The translations under genes were made by a program, and so were the position numbers. Shown piece after piece: positions 28,943-39,951 of a stretch of 64,000 bases of DNA. Position 1 is the stretch's first letter. Each line of letters opens with the position of its first letter. The stretch comes from Nostoc sp. (GTDB lineage: Bacteria > Cyanobacteriota > Cyanobacteriia > Cyanobacteriales > Nostocaceae): assembly GCA_036918135.1 (NCBI GenBank), contig JBALDB010000008.1, positions 120,485-184,484 on the forward strand, given 5' to 3'. A model generated the notes under the pieces. The model did no database searches and was not told the origin of the DNA. It saw only the letters and a program-made list of their open reading frames with translations.

Positions 28943-31900
28943 TTACTCATTACCATTTATCAACGGTAGCTTGACAAGAAAAGTTGTACCCTGCCCGACT
29001 CCTGGACTTTGGGCATAGATAGTACCACCGTGCAGTTCTACGAGGTTACGTGCGATCGCCAGTCCTAATCCTAGTCCTTTTTTTACGCCTTCTGCTTGAC
29101 GGAATGTGTCAAAAATGTATAGTAGAAACTCAGAATCTATTCCGCAGCCAGTGTCACTTAAGATAATTTGGGCTTGATTTTCATTAGAAAGCAGACTAAC
29201 CTCAATTCTTCCTCCAGTAGGAGTAAATTTGATGGCATTGGTAAGTAAATTTAAGACAATTTGTTGTAAACGCTCTGGATCGCCTTGAACTGTTACTGGT
29301 ACAAGCGTACACTCTAGACGAATATCTTTAGTTTGGTAAGATTGATGCACTGTGGCAATCGCCGTTTCAATCACTTGTTGCAGTTCAACTGGCTCTTGAT
29401 TCAGGCTAATTTTACTCGCAGTGATGCGCGAGATATCTAGTAAATCTTCGATTAATTTGGCTTGCAGAGTGGCATTGCGTTCAATCGTCTCCAGAGATTT
29501 CATCAGCATGGCTTGATTAAACGGACTGCTACGGAGTAACCGCGTCCAACCAAGAATAGCGACTAAGGGTATATTCAGTTCGTGAGAAACTGTTGATAGT
29601 ATCTCATCCTTCCTGCGGTTAATTATTCTTTCCTGGCGAAGAGTTTCTGAGCGCAAGTGTGCCATTTTTAAATAAGCATTTACACGGGTGACAAGTTCGG
29701 TGGCAGAAAAGGGTTTAATCAGGTAGTCGTCAGCCCCAGCAAGGAGTCCTTCAATTACAGAGTCTTCTCCAGCACGGGCAGAAAGGAGAATAATCGGCAC
29801 TTCTTTTGTCCGTGCATCAGCCCGCAATGCTTTCAATAACTCAAAGCCGTCTAACCCTGGCATCATCACATCAGAAAGAATCAGATCTGGCACTCTTTCA
29901 TTAGCCGCCGCCAGTGCAGTAGCCCCATCCGCGACAGCTTCTACTTCAACGTGTTCGCTTAATATCCGCTTGAGGTAATCGCGCATATCGGCGTTGTCAT
30001 CAACAAGGAGGATATGAGCACAGGGGCAGAGGGGCACAGGGGCACAGGGGAGTGATTGTTGTAAGTTCTCCCCTGCTCCCTTGCTCACCTGCTCCCCTAC
30101 TTCTTCCACTATCCACCGCTCTGCCTGCTGAACGTAAGGCGCTGCAACTAATGTAGTTGATGTCAGCGTGCGTGTTGCTGTGATACGATCGCCTACGATT
30201 CGACGTAGGCGACGTGCGCTATCGCGCCCCGCTACGCTAACGCTTGGCAGGTGGGCTGTGCCTAATAGAATTGTGACGGTGAAGCAGCTTCCTTGCCCTA
30301 CAGTGCTGCTTACGTCTATAGTTCCACCATGTAGTTTAATTAATTCCTGCACTAAAGCTAGACCAATACCAGACCCTTCATGAGTTCTAGCTGTGGCTGT
30401 GCGGACTTGGTAAAATCGCTCAAACAGATAGGGTAATTCTTCAGGTGCAATGCCCGTGCCTGTATCTTCTACCTGTAGCGTTACATGATGGTCATCAGCA
30501 AGATACAGCCTGACGGCAATTTCACCTTCAAAGGTGAACTTAAAGGCGTTAGAGAGCAAATTAAGAACTATTTTCTCCCACATTTCCTGGTCTACATATA
30601 CAGGCTCAGGCAATGATGGGCAATCGACCACTAGCCGCAATCCTGCCTGTTCAATGGCAGAACGAAATACACTAGCTAACTCAGTTGTAAACAGTGCCAA
30701 ATCCGTTGGTTCATAAACTGCTTCCATGCGTCCGGCTTCGATGCGGGAGAAGTCGAGCAGGGTATTAACTAGTTTCAGCAAACGCAAGCTGTTGCGGTGG
30801 GCGAGTTCTAACCGTTCCCGTTGTGAAGAAGTTAGGGGATTTACCGAATCGCTTAAGGCATCTTGTAGGGGAGCCAGTATCAACGATAGCGGCGTGCGGA
30901 ATTCGTGGCTGACGTTGCTGAAGAAGAGAGTTTTGGTGCGATCGAGTTCTGCCAGGGTTTCGGCGCGTTGGCGTTCTTGTTCGCGGGCAGATTGTTCTCG
31001 AACTCGCCCAATTTCTGATTCACGCAATTCTGTTTCGGCATGGGCGCGGATGATGGTCGCCCAGATGCGTTCGGCAGTTTCGCGCACCAGTTCAACTTCC
31101 GCCACTGACCACTCACGCGGCGCGGATTCGGTGACGCAGAGCGAGCCTACCAACCTGCCTGCTTTGATCAACGGTGAGGTGATATGCGCGGCAATCCTGA
31201 CAGCCGCCATCACCTCACGGTCGGCTTTGGGAATGATGTCCGAGATTTGGGCATCCGCGACGATGATAGTTTCGCCCCTTTGAAGGAACGGCACAGTCCA
31301 GCCGTAATCCGCTAACCGATAAACGCCAACGAGCGAGGGCGAGTCACCGCGCAAATAATTTTGATTGACGCGCATGTAACCCTCCGCCTCATTGGTTTCG
31401 ACGTAGTAGGCGCGGTCAACGCTCAAATGCTCGCCTAGTAGACGGCAGGCTTGGGCCTGAATTTCAACGGGGTCGGTGAGCGATCGCAGTGCATCCGACA
31501 ACTTGACCCGGAACGCATCGAATTCGGCGGCGCGGCGTATTTGTTCTTCTGCCCGTTTGCGGTCAGTGATGTCATTGAATACAACCGCAACCTGTCGCCT
31601 GTCCTCATCCCCAACTTTGAAAACATAGAAGTCATACCATCTCTTATCTGGATCGGCGTATCGCTCTAAACGCTCACCAATACCCGTTCGGGCGACACGA
31701 CCAAAAATTTCGTACCAGTACGCTTCATACCCTGGATCGATTTCTCTTAGTCGCCGTCCAGTGAAATTCTGCCCAATCATTCGCGTTGCTGACGGATTCG
31801 CGTCCACATAAAACAGGTCAACAGGTTGGTTGTTTCGATCAAAAATCACATCACAGACAAAATACCCTTCGTCCATCGAGTTGAACAGCGATCGATATTT

Positions 31901-34900
31901 TTCTTCCGATTCGCGCAAGGCTGCCTCGGCGCGGGCGCGTTCCTGAGCCTGCTGATTCTGCGAGATGACGATCGCAGCAGCTCGTGTCAGCACGGCGGCG
32001 AATTCGTAGTCGCGCGGCGTCACTTCGCGCGGGTGTTTGAAATACATTGTGAATGTGCCGACGACCTTTGCTTGTGTCGTCTCAATCGGAAACGACCAAA
32101 CGCTGCGGTATTCATACTCCTGGGCCAGCCATAGCCAATCTTTCCATCGCGGGTCTTTGGTTACGTCGGGAGTGATAATCGGCTGACCCGTATAGAAGGC
32201 TAAACCGCACGTCAGCGAGTCCGCACCGATTTTGAAGCCGTCCACACACTCGACGTAAGTTTCGGGCATCCCGGCAACGTGGCGCAACTGACTTCCAGTA
32301 TCATCGGCAATGTAAAAGGCGCATCTGACATCGGTGCTTGATTGCTCGATGGCGGTGCGGATAAGCACGCCAAGCGATGCTTCGAGGGTTGCGCCTTTGA
32401 GGGCAACTTGGAACGCTGACTTTTGACTTGCCAGCCAAGCCTCGCTCTCGCACAGGGCTGCTTGGGCTTGCCGCTGCTCAATCAGGTCAGCCGCTTGGCG
32501 GGCGAGTAAATCGAGAAAGCGCAGTTGGCGATCGCTTGGTCGATGGTGTTTGCACCAATGGGTGGAAACCATACCAATCGCTTTGCCCGAACGGGTAATC
32601 AACGGTGTGGACTGTGCCGAGAGATACCCCGCCTCAAGGTGTAGTCGCATTGAGCCATCCGGGTCTTCGCTCTCTTGTGCATCGAAATCAATAAAGGTGC
32701 GAGCGCCACTCTTGAGCGCCATGCCGCAAGGCGTATTAGAGCTAGCGTTGACGCGGTAGAAATGCTCGGTCATATTGCGCTCAAAGCCTTGTGTAGCTAG
32801 CAGCAATAAGTCTTGTGTCGCTTCATCTAAAATTTGCACTGTTCCGGCATCTGCCTGCGTGAGGGCGATCGCGGTAGAGATAATTTCTTGATACAGCGTT
32901 TGAATGTCGCCTTCCGTCACTAATTGGGTACTGAGTTCGCGCAGCCGTTGCGTATCTTCGAGATCGGCAGCAATAGCGGCTTCGGTTTGTTTGCGAGCGG
33001 TCACATCACTTGCTGCTCCGAACCATTCAATGATTTCACCCTGCTCATTCAGCATTGGGATGGCGCGCGAGAACGTCCAGCCAATTGTGCCGTCCTGTTG
33101 AATAACCCGATGTTCCAACTCAAACGTGCTCTTGGTTCGGATGGCTTCTTGGATGACAGCCCATACCTGCGGCTGCTCCTCTTTGGAAATATACGTTTCA
33201 AGCCATGTGTCACTGGGCTTCTCAGTATTGGCGAGGATGTTCTTACCTTCGAGGTTATGCATCTGACTCCAATCTGCGCTCATTCTGTATATTATGTCCG
33301 AGCTAGCGGTGACGAATAAGCGGAATCGTTCTTCGCTCTCGCGCAAAGCAACTTCTGCTTTTTTACGCTCGGATATGTCGTATGAAACGGCAAGCACAGC
33401 ATAAACTTCGCCGCTATTCGTGCGAAGCGGCGTTCCGCGTGAGACGTAAGTGCGATCGTGTGAATTGTGTTCGAGCGTGAATGACTCGCCCGCCAGAGCC
33501 ATGCGGTATAGCTCCTCATACTTAGCGGTTAATTCCGGCGGCATTGCCTCAAAAATCGTTTTGCCGACTAAATCTTCTCTTTTGAAACCGGCAGCAGAGA
33601 GGGCTTCGCCTTCCGCAAGCAGATAGCGCAGATCGCCATCAACGACAAACGCCGCCCCACCTGGCAGATTTTCAATCATCACCCGTAAGCGTTCTTCTGA
33701 TTCGTGCAAGGCTGCTTCTTTGAGCTTGCGTTCGCTAATGTCAAATGTTACACCGAGTGCGCGATCGGCTGTGCGGTGTTCCCCTTCACCCGTGAAGAAT
33801 ACCTGCCCTTTATCGACTACCCAGCGCACTGCTCCATCTGTCCGCACAATGCGAAACTCATGCTCGTAAGCTCCGGGAGCATCTGGACTGAGGAATTGCT
33901 GGAATTTACCCAAAGTCTGCTCGCGATCGTCCGGGTGAATGAATTGGGGTAATCGCTCGAAGCTAATTTCTGCGTCTTCTGGCAAGCCATGAATCGCTTT
34001 TAGCGCGATTGACCAGTTGATGCGATCGGTTTGTACAATATACTCATAAGTGCCAAAATTGCCAGCTTCCGAAGCCAGCCGCAGCCGTTCTTCTGATGCG
34101 CGTAACGTTGCGATCAGAGTCTTCTGCTCGTGAATGTCGGTGGCAGATCCGAACCATTGAGTGATATGTCCTTGTGCATCCAAAACAGGATTTATTTGGA
34201 CTAGAAACCAGCGATAGTTCCCCTCTCTATCCCGAATGCGGTGTTCTTGTCTCAGCAGACGACCCTCATCCACCGCGTTCTGGAAGTTGGCGAGAGATTG
34301 AGCGCGAGCGTCTGGATGAATCATCTCTAACCAGCTATAGCTAGCAGCCTCCTCCACCGTCTGCCCAGTGTAGTCCAGCCAGCGCTGGTTATACCAACTG
34401 GTGTTACCTGTGAAGTCATTGCACCAAAGCATATCAGGCACAAGGTTGACAACGGACTGAAAGTATGTCCTACTTTCACGCAATGCTGCTTCCACCTGCT
34501 TGCGTTCAACAATTTCAGCTTCTAGGGCAACGTTGGCAGCAAGCAATTCCCTGGTTTGTCGCTGATTCAGTAGCAGTGCAGCAGCAGTAAAATCTGCCAA
34601 ACTCGTCATCACCCGCACGTCTTCACTGTCAAAGTGCCGTTGCTCATCGTGCGATATAATCCAGATCGTGCCGAGAGCGCGATCGTCAGCAATTAAAGGT
34701 AACACCAAGCCTTCGACAACCGGAGTGTTGGCTTCTTGGAAGTAGATGAAATACCTTTCAGGATGAGAAAAAAGCACAGGTGTACCGCGATCGAGACAGA
34801 TGCCACAGGGACTAAAGTTACGCGGTGTAGTGCCGCCGACATACTGTGACAATGTTCCTGCCAACACATTCCAGCGAAAGACTTCTTCACCACTGGGGGT

Positions 34901-35125
34901 TGTTTCTAGCAAGCTGACTCCTGCTGTTCCGCATTGGCACAGTTCGAGTGCCATTTCTGCCAGATTTTGAAGCATCGTTTCTGGCTGATTCACCAACTGC
35001 CGCACCAATGCGTGCAATGCCTGATTTTCTGAGATGAAATTTGCAGTCCGAGGAGTTCGATGGGACAATTCCTCAGTAATTAAAATATCTTCTAGGGTGA
35101 CAGTTTCTCTTTGAGGACGTTGCAT
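28943..35125 (-). CDS. Large multi-sensor hybrid histidine kinase (GAF-4xPAS-GAF-GAF-PAS-GAF-HisKA-HATPase-REC-HisKA-HATPase)
   Basis: [63 protein letters not shown]; multiple PAS/PAC and GAF motifs. Confidence 0.9.
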   Translation of the reverse strand: MQRPQRETVTLEDILITEELSHRTPRTANFISENQALHALVRQLVNQPETMLQNLAEMALELCQCGTAGVSLLETTPSGEEVFRWNVLAGTLSQYVGGTTPRNFSPCGICLDRGTPVLFSHPERYFIYFQEANTPVVEGLVLPLIADDRALGTIWIISHDEQRHFDSEDVRVMTSLADFTAAALLLNQRQTRELLAANVALEAEIVERKQVEAALRESRTYFQSVVNLVPDMLWCNDFTGNTSWYNQRWLDYTGQTVEEAASYSWLEMIHPDARAQSLANFQNAVDEGRLLRQEHRIRDREGNYRWFLVQINPVLDAQGHITQWFGSATDIHEQKTLIATLRASEERLRLASEAGNFGTYEYIVQTDRINWSIALKAIHGLPEDAEISFERLPQFIHPDDREQTLGKFQQFLSPDAPGAYEHEFRIVRTDGAVRWVVDKGQVFFTGEGEHRTADRALGVTFDISERKLKEAALHESEERLRVMIENLPGGAAFVVDGDLRYLLAEGEALSAAGFKREDLVGKTIFEAMPPELTAKYEELYRMALAGESFTLEHNSHDRTYVSRGTPLRTNSGEVYAVLAVSYDISERKKAEVALRESEERFRLFVTASSDIIYRMSADWSQMHNLEGKNILANTEKPSDTWLETYISKEEQPQVWAVIQEAIRTKSTFELEHRVIQQDGTIGWTFSRAIPMLNEQGEIIEWFGAASDVTARKQTEAAIAADLEDTQRLRELSTQLVTEGDIQTLYQEIISTAIALTQADAGTVQILDEATQDLLLLATQGFERNMTEHFYRVNASSNTPCGMALKSGARTFIDFDAQESEDPDGSMRLHLEAGYLSAQSTPLITRSGKAIGMVSTHWCKHHRPSDRQLRFLDLLARQAADLIEQRQAQAALCESEAWLASQKSAFQVALKGATLEASLGVLIRTAIEQSSTDVRCAFYIADDTGSQLRHVAGMPETYVECVDGFKIGADSLTCGLAFYTGQPIITPDVTKDPRWKDWLWLAQEYEYRSVWSFPIETTQAKVVGTFTMYFKHPREVTPRDYEFAAVLTRAAAIVISQNQQAQERARAEAALRESEEKYRSLFNSMDEGYFVCDVIFDRNNQPVDLFYVDANPSATRMIGQNFTGRRLREIDPGYEAYWYEIFGRVARTGIGERLERYADPDKRWYDFYVFKVGDEDRRQVAVVFNDITDRKRAEEQIRRAAEFDAFRVKLSDALRSLTDPVEIQAQACRLLGEHLSVDRAYYVETNEAEGYMRVNQNYLRGDSPSLVGVYRLADYGWTVPFLQRGETIIVADAQISDIIPKADREVMAAVRIAAHITSPLIKAGRLVGSLCVTESAPREWSVAEVELVRETAERIWATIIRAHAETELRESEIGRVREQSAREQERQRAETLAELDRTKTLFFSNVSHEFRTPLSLILAPLQDALSDSVNPLTSSQRERLELAHRNSLRLLKLVNTLLDFSRIEAGRMEAVYEPTDLALFTTELASVFRSAIEQAGLRLVVDCPSLPEPVYVDQEMWEKIVLNLLSNAFKFTFEGEIAVRLYLADDHHVTLQVEDTGTGIAPEELPYLFERFYQVRTATARTHEGSGIGLALVQELIKLHGGTIDVSSTVGQGSCFTVTILLGTAHLPSVSVAGRDSARRLRRIVGDRITATRTLTSTTLVAAPYVQQAERWIVEEVGEQVSKGAGENLQQSLPCAPVPLCPCAHILLVDDNADMRDYLKRILSEHVEVEAVADGATALAAANERVPDLILSDVMMPGLDGFELLKALRADARTKEVPIILLSARAGEDSVIEGLLAGADDYLIKPFSATELVTRVNAYLKMAHLRSETLRQERIINRRKDEILSTVSHELNIPLVAILGWTRLLRSSPFNQAMLMKSLETIERNATLQAKLIEDLLDISRITASKISLNQEPVELQQVIETAIATVHQSYQTKDIRLECTLVPVTVQGDPERLQQIVLNLLTNAIKFTPTGGRIEVSLLSNENQAQIILSDTGCGIDSEFLLYIFDTFRQAEGVKKGLGLGLAIARNLVELHGGTIYAQSPGVGQGTTFLVKLPLINGNE

Positions 35126-35254
35126 GGAACTTATGGCTTTGGCAGTTTGGCAAGAATTTTATCTTACTAAAAAAGGTTTAAAATCCTATCCTCTACAGGT
35201 TGCATATAAGCGTGTTGGAGTTTAAATTATCACTACAAAACATAATTGCGAATA

Positions 35255-35371
35255 CATCAAAAATTAACTGTGCTTCTGGATCGTTAGCAGCAAAATCCTC
35301 TAAAAAATCACACACAACTTGACGATATTTTTTACTCGCTCCATTGCTCAATTATCTCACGATTCGGATTG
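35255..35371 (-). pseudogene. Remnant of a second xisH(3')/xisI(5') junction
   Basis: Clearly similar to 36167-36275 (aatccgaatc...attgagcaatggagcgagtaa...tgtgtgattt...gatccagaagc); cut by a MITE at 35372. Confidence 0.75.
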
Positions 35372-35469
35372 TATAGCTGAGTGCTGAGTGCTGAGTGCTG
35401 AGTAGAAACTCAGTATTATCAAAGGTTTCAGCAACCAACATAATCCTAACCTATGCTTCGACTGCTATA
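35372..35469. mobile_element. MITE family B (TATAGC...GCTATA) with STRR GCTGAGT interior
   Basis: Ends tatagc/gctata and sub-terminal tcctaacc...gctata as in 44842 and 48216. Confidence 0.6.
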
Positions 35470-35568
35470 AGATTATGTTTGACTAATCACTTGTGATTAA
35501 AATCTCTCCGCGTCAGCCTCAATGATAAGTCTTTAAATGGCGCTTGACAGTCAAAATTCTCATCCTTA

Positions 35569-35817
35569 TCACTCGCTTGCTTGAGTAAAATCTTTATTTG
35601 CCTTCCCTGTAACAGCTTCCGCTTTCCTTGCAACAACTTCCGCCTTGACGTTTGCGTGTTTCGCGCAGGCTGTAGCAGCTTCCGCCTTGGCTGTAAGAGC
35701 TTCCGCTTTCACGTTTGCGTGTTTCGCGTAGTCTGTAGCAGCTTCCGCCTTGGCTGTAAGAGCTTCCGCTTTTACGTTTGCGTGTTTCGCGCAGTCTGTA
35801 GCAGCTTTTGCTTTCAC
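35569..35817 (-). repeat. 63-nt (3x21) tandem repeat, potentially encoding an Ala-rich heptad peptide
   Basis: KAEAATxxAKHANVKAEALTA repeated about 3 times. Confidence 0.65.
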
Positions 35818-35908
35818 ATTATTAGAAACAGATTTGTGTTACAGCATCTTCTCTTAAAATAAACTACTAACGACTAAAACAGTCTTCTATTCCGGTTTAA
35901 AATTTTCT

Positions 35909-36247
35909 TTAAAGCTTACTGCCATCTGTGTATAAAGCAGCGGCAAGCCGTTCTCTCACGCTGGGCGATCGAAATCCTAAAACAATATCTTGAGGCGCAA
36001 CACCGCGTCCAATCAGTTCTCGATCGATAAAAATTTCAGTACTGTTGTGCTGAATCCAAACTTTGCCTTCAATCAGGTCTAGCTGCATCGCACAACCGTA
36101 GATGCGGGATTCGCCGCGCCAACCATTATGCATGACGAGATAGCGGTCGCGCTCAGTATCAAAAATCAACTGGGCTTCTGGATCGTCGGCGGCGAAATTC
36201 TCTAAGAAATCACACACATTTTGGCGATATTTGTTTACTCGATCCAT
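35909..36247 (-). CDS. xisI: XisI family protein
   Basis: IFDTERDRYLV..GW...GKVWIQHNSTE...GVAPQDIVLGF. Confidence 0.9.
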   Translation of the reverse strand: MDRVNKYRQNVCDFLENFAADDPEAQLIFDTERDRYLVMHNGWRGESRIYGCAMQLDLIEGKVWIQHNSTEIFIDRELIGRGVAPQDIVLGFRSPSVRERLAAALYTDGSKL

Positions 36248-36651
36248 TGTTCAATTACCTCTTGATTCGGATTGTAAATAATCAAGCGAACTTCATAACG
36301 TTCTATCACCGTTTTAGCTGGCTCAAAACGCAAAAAGGTTTGATGAACATCGCTTGGAACTGCCAGATAAAGAACGCGGTCTGGTTCTTCTGAAACTTCT
36401 AAGGCAATACGATAATTTAAGAATTGACCGAGGGCAGTATGAAATTCGGAGATTGCTGAACTGCTGGCAAAGCTTTTGACTTCCACTGCTATTTTACGTC
36501 CTGCTTTTTGGGCAGCCATCGCTTCTTCTGCGGCCAGGTCAATATAAATATCGGCAACACCATAGCGCAAGCGATAAGGATCGTGGGTGATTGTCCAGCC
36601 GTCTTTTTGCAGTGCCAGCTTAACAGTATTGTGAAAAATATCTTTTGCCAT
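36235..36651 (-). CDS. xisH: XisH family protein
   Basis: AKDIFHNTVKLALQKDGWTITHDP, IAVEVKSF, ALGQFLNYRIAL, LYLAVP. Confidence 0.92.
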   Translation of the reverse strand: MAKDIFHNTVKLALQKDGWTITHDPYRLRYGVADIYIDLAAEEAMAAQKAGRKIAVEVKSFASSSAISEFHTALGQFLNYRIALEVSEEPDRVLYLAVPSDVHQTFLRFEPAKTVIERYEVRLIIYNPNQEVIEQWIE

Positions 36652-36660
36652 ATTGCCCTG

Positions 36661-39651
36661 TTAAATTAATGGCAGCTTGACGGTAAACGTTGCGCCTCGT
36701 CCAATTCCGTCACTCGCTGCCTCAATTGTACCGCCGTGCAATTCTACTAGTTGACGAGCGATCGCTAGCCCCAACCCCAAACCCCCTGGCGTGTGTCTGC
36801 TAGGAACCTCTGCTTGCGTAAAGCGATCGAAAACGTCAGGCAGAAACTCGCTACTAATTCCCATACCTGTATCTCTGATTTGAATCGTAGCTAGAGAATC
36901 AATAGTATCAAGCCGAACTTCTACTACTCCTCCCTTTGATGTAAATTTAATCGCATTGGCAAGTAATTCTTTGACAATTTGCTGCAAGCGATCGCGATCG
37001 CCTAAAACGGTGTCATCTTGTTGAAAAGTTGCCTGCAAAGTTTTGACAATATTAATCCCCTTTTCCTTAGCATTTGAGGACATTGTATTGATAACTTCTT
37101 CAATAATCTTTGTGAGTTTAACTGGCTGGCTCTGCAAGCAAACTTTACCTGAGATAATCGTTGAAATGTCTAGCAAATCCTCAATTAGCTTTGCTTGGTT
37201 CTTGGCATTGCGCTCAATTGTATCCAAAGCACGTAAAACAGTAGCCTTGTCGAGTTCCTTTGAATGCAGTAAGCGAGTCCAGCCCAAGATTGCAACTAAA
37301 GGCGCATGAAGTTCGTGCGTAACTGTTGCTATAAATTCATCTTTGAAGTGATTAAAAGATAACTCTTGGCGCAAACGTACCATTTGCAAATGAGATTTTA
37401 CACGAGTCAGCAGTTCGCGAGCAGAGAAAGGCTTAATTAGGTAGTCATCAGCCCCCGCTTGCAAACCCTCAATTGCCGCCTCTTCTCCCGCACGAGCCGA
37501 CAGCAGAATAATCGGTATACCTTTTGTCTTTGGATCTGCACGTAATGCACTCAGCAATTGAAACCCGTCCATTTCTGGCATCATCACATCAGTAAGTACC
37601 ATATCTGGCGGTTGTTCGCAAACAGCAGCTAGTGCAGCAACTCCATTAGCGACAGTTGTTACTTGCCATTGCTTTGATAGCAGACGCGCCACATAGTCTC
37701 GCATATCGGCATTATCATCGACTAACAAAATGCGCGCAGTTGAAAACTGGGAGGGCTTTATAGGCGGTGGTTTTGGGGCCGCCACTTTGTGGCGGCCCCA
37801 AAACCACAAATTTTCTTCTTGCCATTGCTGTGCTTCCTCCACATAGGGGGCAGCACCTACTGGTGTTGATGCTAGTGTACTGGTACTAATTTGATTACTT
37901 GGCAAGTGCGATGAGCCTGTGGGTAGCGTGACTGTAAATGTCGTTCCTCTACCCAAAACACTTTTCACCTTTACAGTACCGCCATGTAAGTTAACGAGTT
38001 CAGCCACCAAAGCTAGCCCAATGCCTGACCCTTCATGACTCCTTGCCTTCACGCCTCGGATACGGTGAAAGCGCTCAAAAATTCGGGGTAATTCTTCGGC
38101 AGTAATGCCTGTGCCTGTATCTCGTATTTTTAGCTCTACTTTGTCACCTATTGCGTGTAATGAAACGGCAATTTCACCAACAAAGGTAAACTTAAACGCA
38201 TTGGAGATTAAGTTAAGAACAATTTTCTCCCACATTTCGCGGTCTACGTACACGAGGTTACACAGGGGCGGACAATCTACTATTAATTCCAGTCCTGCTG
38301 TTTCAATCGCCGAATGAAAAACTGATGCCAGATTGGCTGTGAATACTCCTAAGTCGGTTGGCTCATAGACTGCTTGTATTCTGCCTGCCTCGATTCGGGA
38401 GAAGTCAAGTAAGGTATTGACGAGTTTGAGCAGTCTAATCGCGTTTCGTTGGACAATATCGAGCTGTTCGCGTTGTTCGGGCAGGAGTGAACCATATTCA
38501 AGAGCGAGTACTTGCTCAAGTGGATTGAGAATTAACGTCAGGGGCGTGCGAAATTCGTGGCTGACGTTGCTGAAGAACTCGGTTTTGGCGCGATTGAGTT
38601 CTGCCAGTGCTTCGGCTCGTTTTCGCTCCTCTTCGTAGGCATGAGCCTTAGCGATCGCCGTCGTCACTGATTCACTCAGCAGCGTATAAAACGTTTGGTA
38701 AGCTTGATCCAACGCTCGGCGGGGACTCACTCCGGCAACGAATACTCCCCACATATGTGCTAATCCTGGCAGGGCGATCGGTACGACAATGGCGGACTGA
38801 ACGGATTCTGGGTAAGGGCTGCACACAAGTGAGCCTAACCATTGTTCTAATTCATTCACCTGTCGGACTTGACTGGATAACCGCTGAGCATTCGCAGGCG
38901 ATCGCGCCACTTCTGCCAGTGCCCAAAGTTCTGGCATTGCCTCTAAATCTACGACCGTTGGGCAAGCCGTACTTCCTGGCTTCAGTCCAGTCATGCTTAT
39001 TAAATGGGCCTGTTTGCCATTTGAGTTGAGCCGATAGAACAGCGTAAAGGGCAGATCGAGTTCATGATCTGCAAGGGCTTCGGTACTCAAGCGACAAGCC
39101 TCTTCGATGGTATTAGCATCGGCGGTGCGATCCGCCAAATCGCGCAGCACTTTCAGCCGTCGTTCTGCCAGGATTTGCTGCGTCATCTCTGTAACTGGGT
39201 GAAACAGTCCACCCACACCCTGCGTTTCATCGCGGATGGGACTGAGGGAGAACGTGAAAAAGGTTTCTTCCAGGTAGCCGTTGCGATCTAGGAACATCCG
39301 CCGATTTTCCAGGAAGGCAGTTTCTCCAGCAGCGGCACGCTCAAAGGGTTCCTCAAGTGCATCCCAGGCAGAAAGCCAGCATTGTTTGTAGTCCTGTCCC
39401 ATTGAGTGGGGGTGCTTGTCGCCACACATGGGCCAATAGCCATCGTTATAAATCTGAACGCGCCCAGGCCCCCAAATGATATTAATCGGGAAGTTCGAGG
39501 CCAGACAGAGGCTGACCGTTGTTCGCAAACTTTGCGGCCAAGATTCAATTGAACCTAGCGGTGTCTTTGACCAGTCTTTAGAACGAATGACTTTGCCCAT
39601 TTCACCGCTGCCATTGAGCCAGTCTACAACTGCGGATTTCTCGTTGCTCAT
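36661..39651 (-). CDS. Hybrid histidine kinase (PAS-like-GAF-HisKA-HATPase-REC-HisKA-HATPase)
   Basis: DWSKTPLG..WPQSL N-terminus; [30 protein letters not shown]. Confidence 0.9.
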   Translation of the reverse strand: MSNEKSAVVDWLNGSGEMGKVIRSKDWSKTPLGSIESWPQSLRTTVSLCLASNFPINIIWGPGRVQIYNDGYWPMCGDKHPHSMGQDYKQCWLSAWDALEEPFERAAAGETAFLENRRMFLDRNGYLEETFFTFSLSPIRDETQGVGGLFHPVTEMTQQILAERRLKVLRDLADRTADANTIEEACRLSTEALADHELDLPFTLFYRLNSNGKQAHLISMTGLKPGSTACPTVVDLEAMPELWALAEVARSPANAQRLSSQVRQVNELEQWLGSLVCSPYPESVQSAIVVPIALPGLAHMWGVFVAGVSPRRALDQAYQTFYTLLSESVTTAIAKAHAYEEERKRAEALAELNRAKTEFFSNVSHEFRTPLTLILNPLEQVLALEYGSLLPEQREQLDIVQRNAIRLLKLVNTLLDFSRIEAGRIQAVYEPTDLGVFTANLASVFHSAIETAGLELIVDCPPLCNLVYVDREMWEKIVLNLISNAFKFTFVGEIAVSLHAIGDKVELKIRDTGTGITAEELPRIFERFHRIRGVKARSHEGSGIGLALVAELVNLHGGTVKVKSVLGRGTTFTVTLPTGSSHLPSNQISTSTLASTPVGAAPYVEEAQQWQEENLWFWGRHKVAAPKPPPIKPSQFSTARILLVDDNADMRDYVARLLSKQWQVTTVANGVAALAAVCEQPPDMVLTDVMMPEMDGFQLLSALRADPKTKGIPIILLSARAGEEAAIEGLQAGADDYLIKPFSARELLTRVKSHLQMVRLRQELSFNHFKDEFIATVTHELHAPLVAILGWTRLLHSKELDKATVLRALDTIERNAKNQAKLIEDLLDISTIISGKVCLQSQPVKLTKIIEEVINTMSSNAKEKGINIVKTLQATFQQDDTVLGDRDRLQQIVKELLANAIKFTSKGGVVEVRLDTIDSLATIQIRDTGMGISSEFLPDVFDRFTQAEVPSRHTPGGLGLGLAIARQLVELHGGTIEAASDGIGRGATFTVKLPLI

Positions 39652-39671
39652 ACAATTTCTCCTGCCTTCAA

Positions 39672-39815
39672 TTAAAAACTGATTTCAGGTAACGTTGCGA
39701 GCCTATCAGATAATCCATCGGGCGCTGGGTATTGCGTATCGCATCTACCCATTTTGCTATCGCCTGCAAATACTTCCATTGCGAGAGCGGCTTTCTTTGC
39801 GGTTAAGCTATCCAT
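39672..39815 (-). pseudogene. Short ORF resembling the N-terminus of a related kinase
   Basis: MDSLTAKKAALAMEVFAGDSKMG resembles the F/LxGxxEMG start of the adjacent kinase family, then diverges. Confidence 0.4.
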
Positions 39816-39951
39816 GATTACTCAGATATCTACTAAAGTTCTCAATTCTTCAGCTAAGAGAATTTTAAAGTGTTACCGAATTAGTATATGATTCAGTTTT
39901 TCTGTAAAAACTAAAATTCTTTTCTCCCCTGCCCCCTGCCCCCATGCCTCT

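Noticed and set aside
30168..34893. Numerous short ORFs overlapping the 2060-aa kinase (likewise within fabH, glpK, paoABC, CDF and AKR)
   Set aside because: Antisense or alternate-frame shadows of well-supported genes, with no motifs.
35909..36651. Heterocyst excision element (fdxN-type)
   Set aside because: No serine or tyrosine recombinase and no interrupted nif/fdxN/hup gene in the window.
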